From: Pirellulales bacterium | GTDB lineage: Bacteria; Planctomycetota; Planctomycetia; Pirellulales; JADZDJ01 | Length of the DNA: 64,000 bases | Direction of reading: 5' to 3' | Assembly: GCA_963738835.1 (NCBI GenBank) | Contig: CAVTYH010000001.1 | Span: forward strand, 161,755-225,754 | In this document: in pieces, positions 63,281-64,000 of the stretch | Numbering within the stretch: position 1 is the first letter of the stretch | How the letters are laid out: each line of letters begins with the position of its first letter | Notes under the pieces: model-generated | Database searches by the model: none | What the model was told of the DNA's origin: nothing | Seen by the model: the letters and a program-made list of their open reading frames with translations, nothing else | Translations under genes and position numbers: made by a program

Positions 63281-64000
63281 TCAACGAGAGGCGGCCAATT
63301 TTGACAGGGCCTGCTTCAAAGATAGGTTGCCGGCGTGAAAGGCGTGCCCCTTCATCGGGAGGTAGCTTTGGGAAGGCCGTCCCTTGACGACCAGTGTCGG
63401 ATGCTGCACCGGATGTTCGCTCGGCTGAAGGACGAAGTCGTCCGCTACATCAACCGTAGTCGAAGCAACTTCTGCTTCCGCTGGAACCTCGACGTCCGAT
63501 TTTGACGGTTGCACCGTTAAGAACATCAAGCCCAATCCAACGATGAATCCACCCAGCAAGCCGCCCAATACGATCGTCGCCTTTCCTGGGCCAACGGGTG
63601 CATTGCCGGCTACCGGCGTGTCGATCGCGGCAATCAAGCTGGCCGTGCGAGCGGCAGCCTGGCTCGCTCGGGCTTCGGCCAGTTGTTGTTCCGCGGTTTT
63701 GACGATGTCGGCCTGCTGATTCCGCTCAGCCACGACATTAGAGTACTGAGCCCGCATCGCGGCGAGTTTCGCCAACCGTTCGCGAGCACTGTTCAGTTGC
63801 GATTCGAGCAAATTAACGCGTTCCTGCGACAACCACATTTCGGCTTGCACGCCGACGATTGCCGAGTCGATTTCACCACGCACATGTGTTTCAATTTCCT
63901 GCTCCGAAATCTTCGCGGCCATGACCGATGGGTGCAGATCGGTCAGATTGCCTGACAACTGAGCCGTACGAAGCTGAGCATCAACCAAACCATCCTTGAG
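63281..64000 (-). CDS. GumC/Wzc-type polysaccharide co-polymerase, 5'-truncated by the window edge
   Basis: T..HP.V motif, coiled coil, ID.P....P..P + Gly-rich TM. Confidence 0.85.
   Translation of the reverse strand, partial: LKDGLVDAQLRTAQLSGNLTDLHPSVMAAKISEQEIETHVRGEIDSAIVGVQAEMWLSQERVNLLESQLNSARERLAKLAAMRAQYSNVVAERNQQADIVKTAEQQLAEARASQAAARTASLIAAIDTPVAGNAPVGPGKATIVLGGLLGGFIVGLGLMFLTVQPSKSDVEVPAEAEVASTTVDVADDFVLQPSEHPVQHPTLVVKGRPSQSYLPMKGHAFHAGNLSLKQALSKLAASR

Overview
A GC-rich chromosomal window from a planctomycete, most likely Pirellulales. The assignment rests on 16S rRNA signatures plus LEPR-XLL/dockerin, DUF1559 pilin-like and FSLRTLL-type LRR proteins. It carries a solitary 16S rRNA gene and housekeeping genes (pyrE, glgC, hpt, accD, scpB, a phosphohexomutase, an HtrA protease). 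It also carries the end of an exopolysaccharide cluster, a two-component system, a CarH/LitR-like regulator facing a fasciclin and a sigma factor, and many secreted or envelope proteins. A small accessory island at about 17.7-21.4 kb holds an Rhs-core relic, a TerB-like/BRCT gene and a coupled DUF5343-like + Swt1-type HEPN pair, a candidate defence module. Intergenic DNA is dense in REP-like and short-period hairpin repeats, and two of these sit in-frame inside genes. The most unusual non-coding signal is a pair of ~140-bp units (3768-3906 and 4107-4245) that align without gaps and whose variable hexamer co-varies at three positions. About nine genes are frameshifted, which is probably assembly error. 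All product calls come from recognising motifs by eye, not from database searches.
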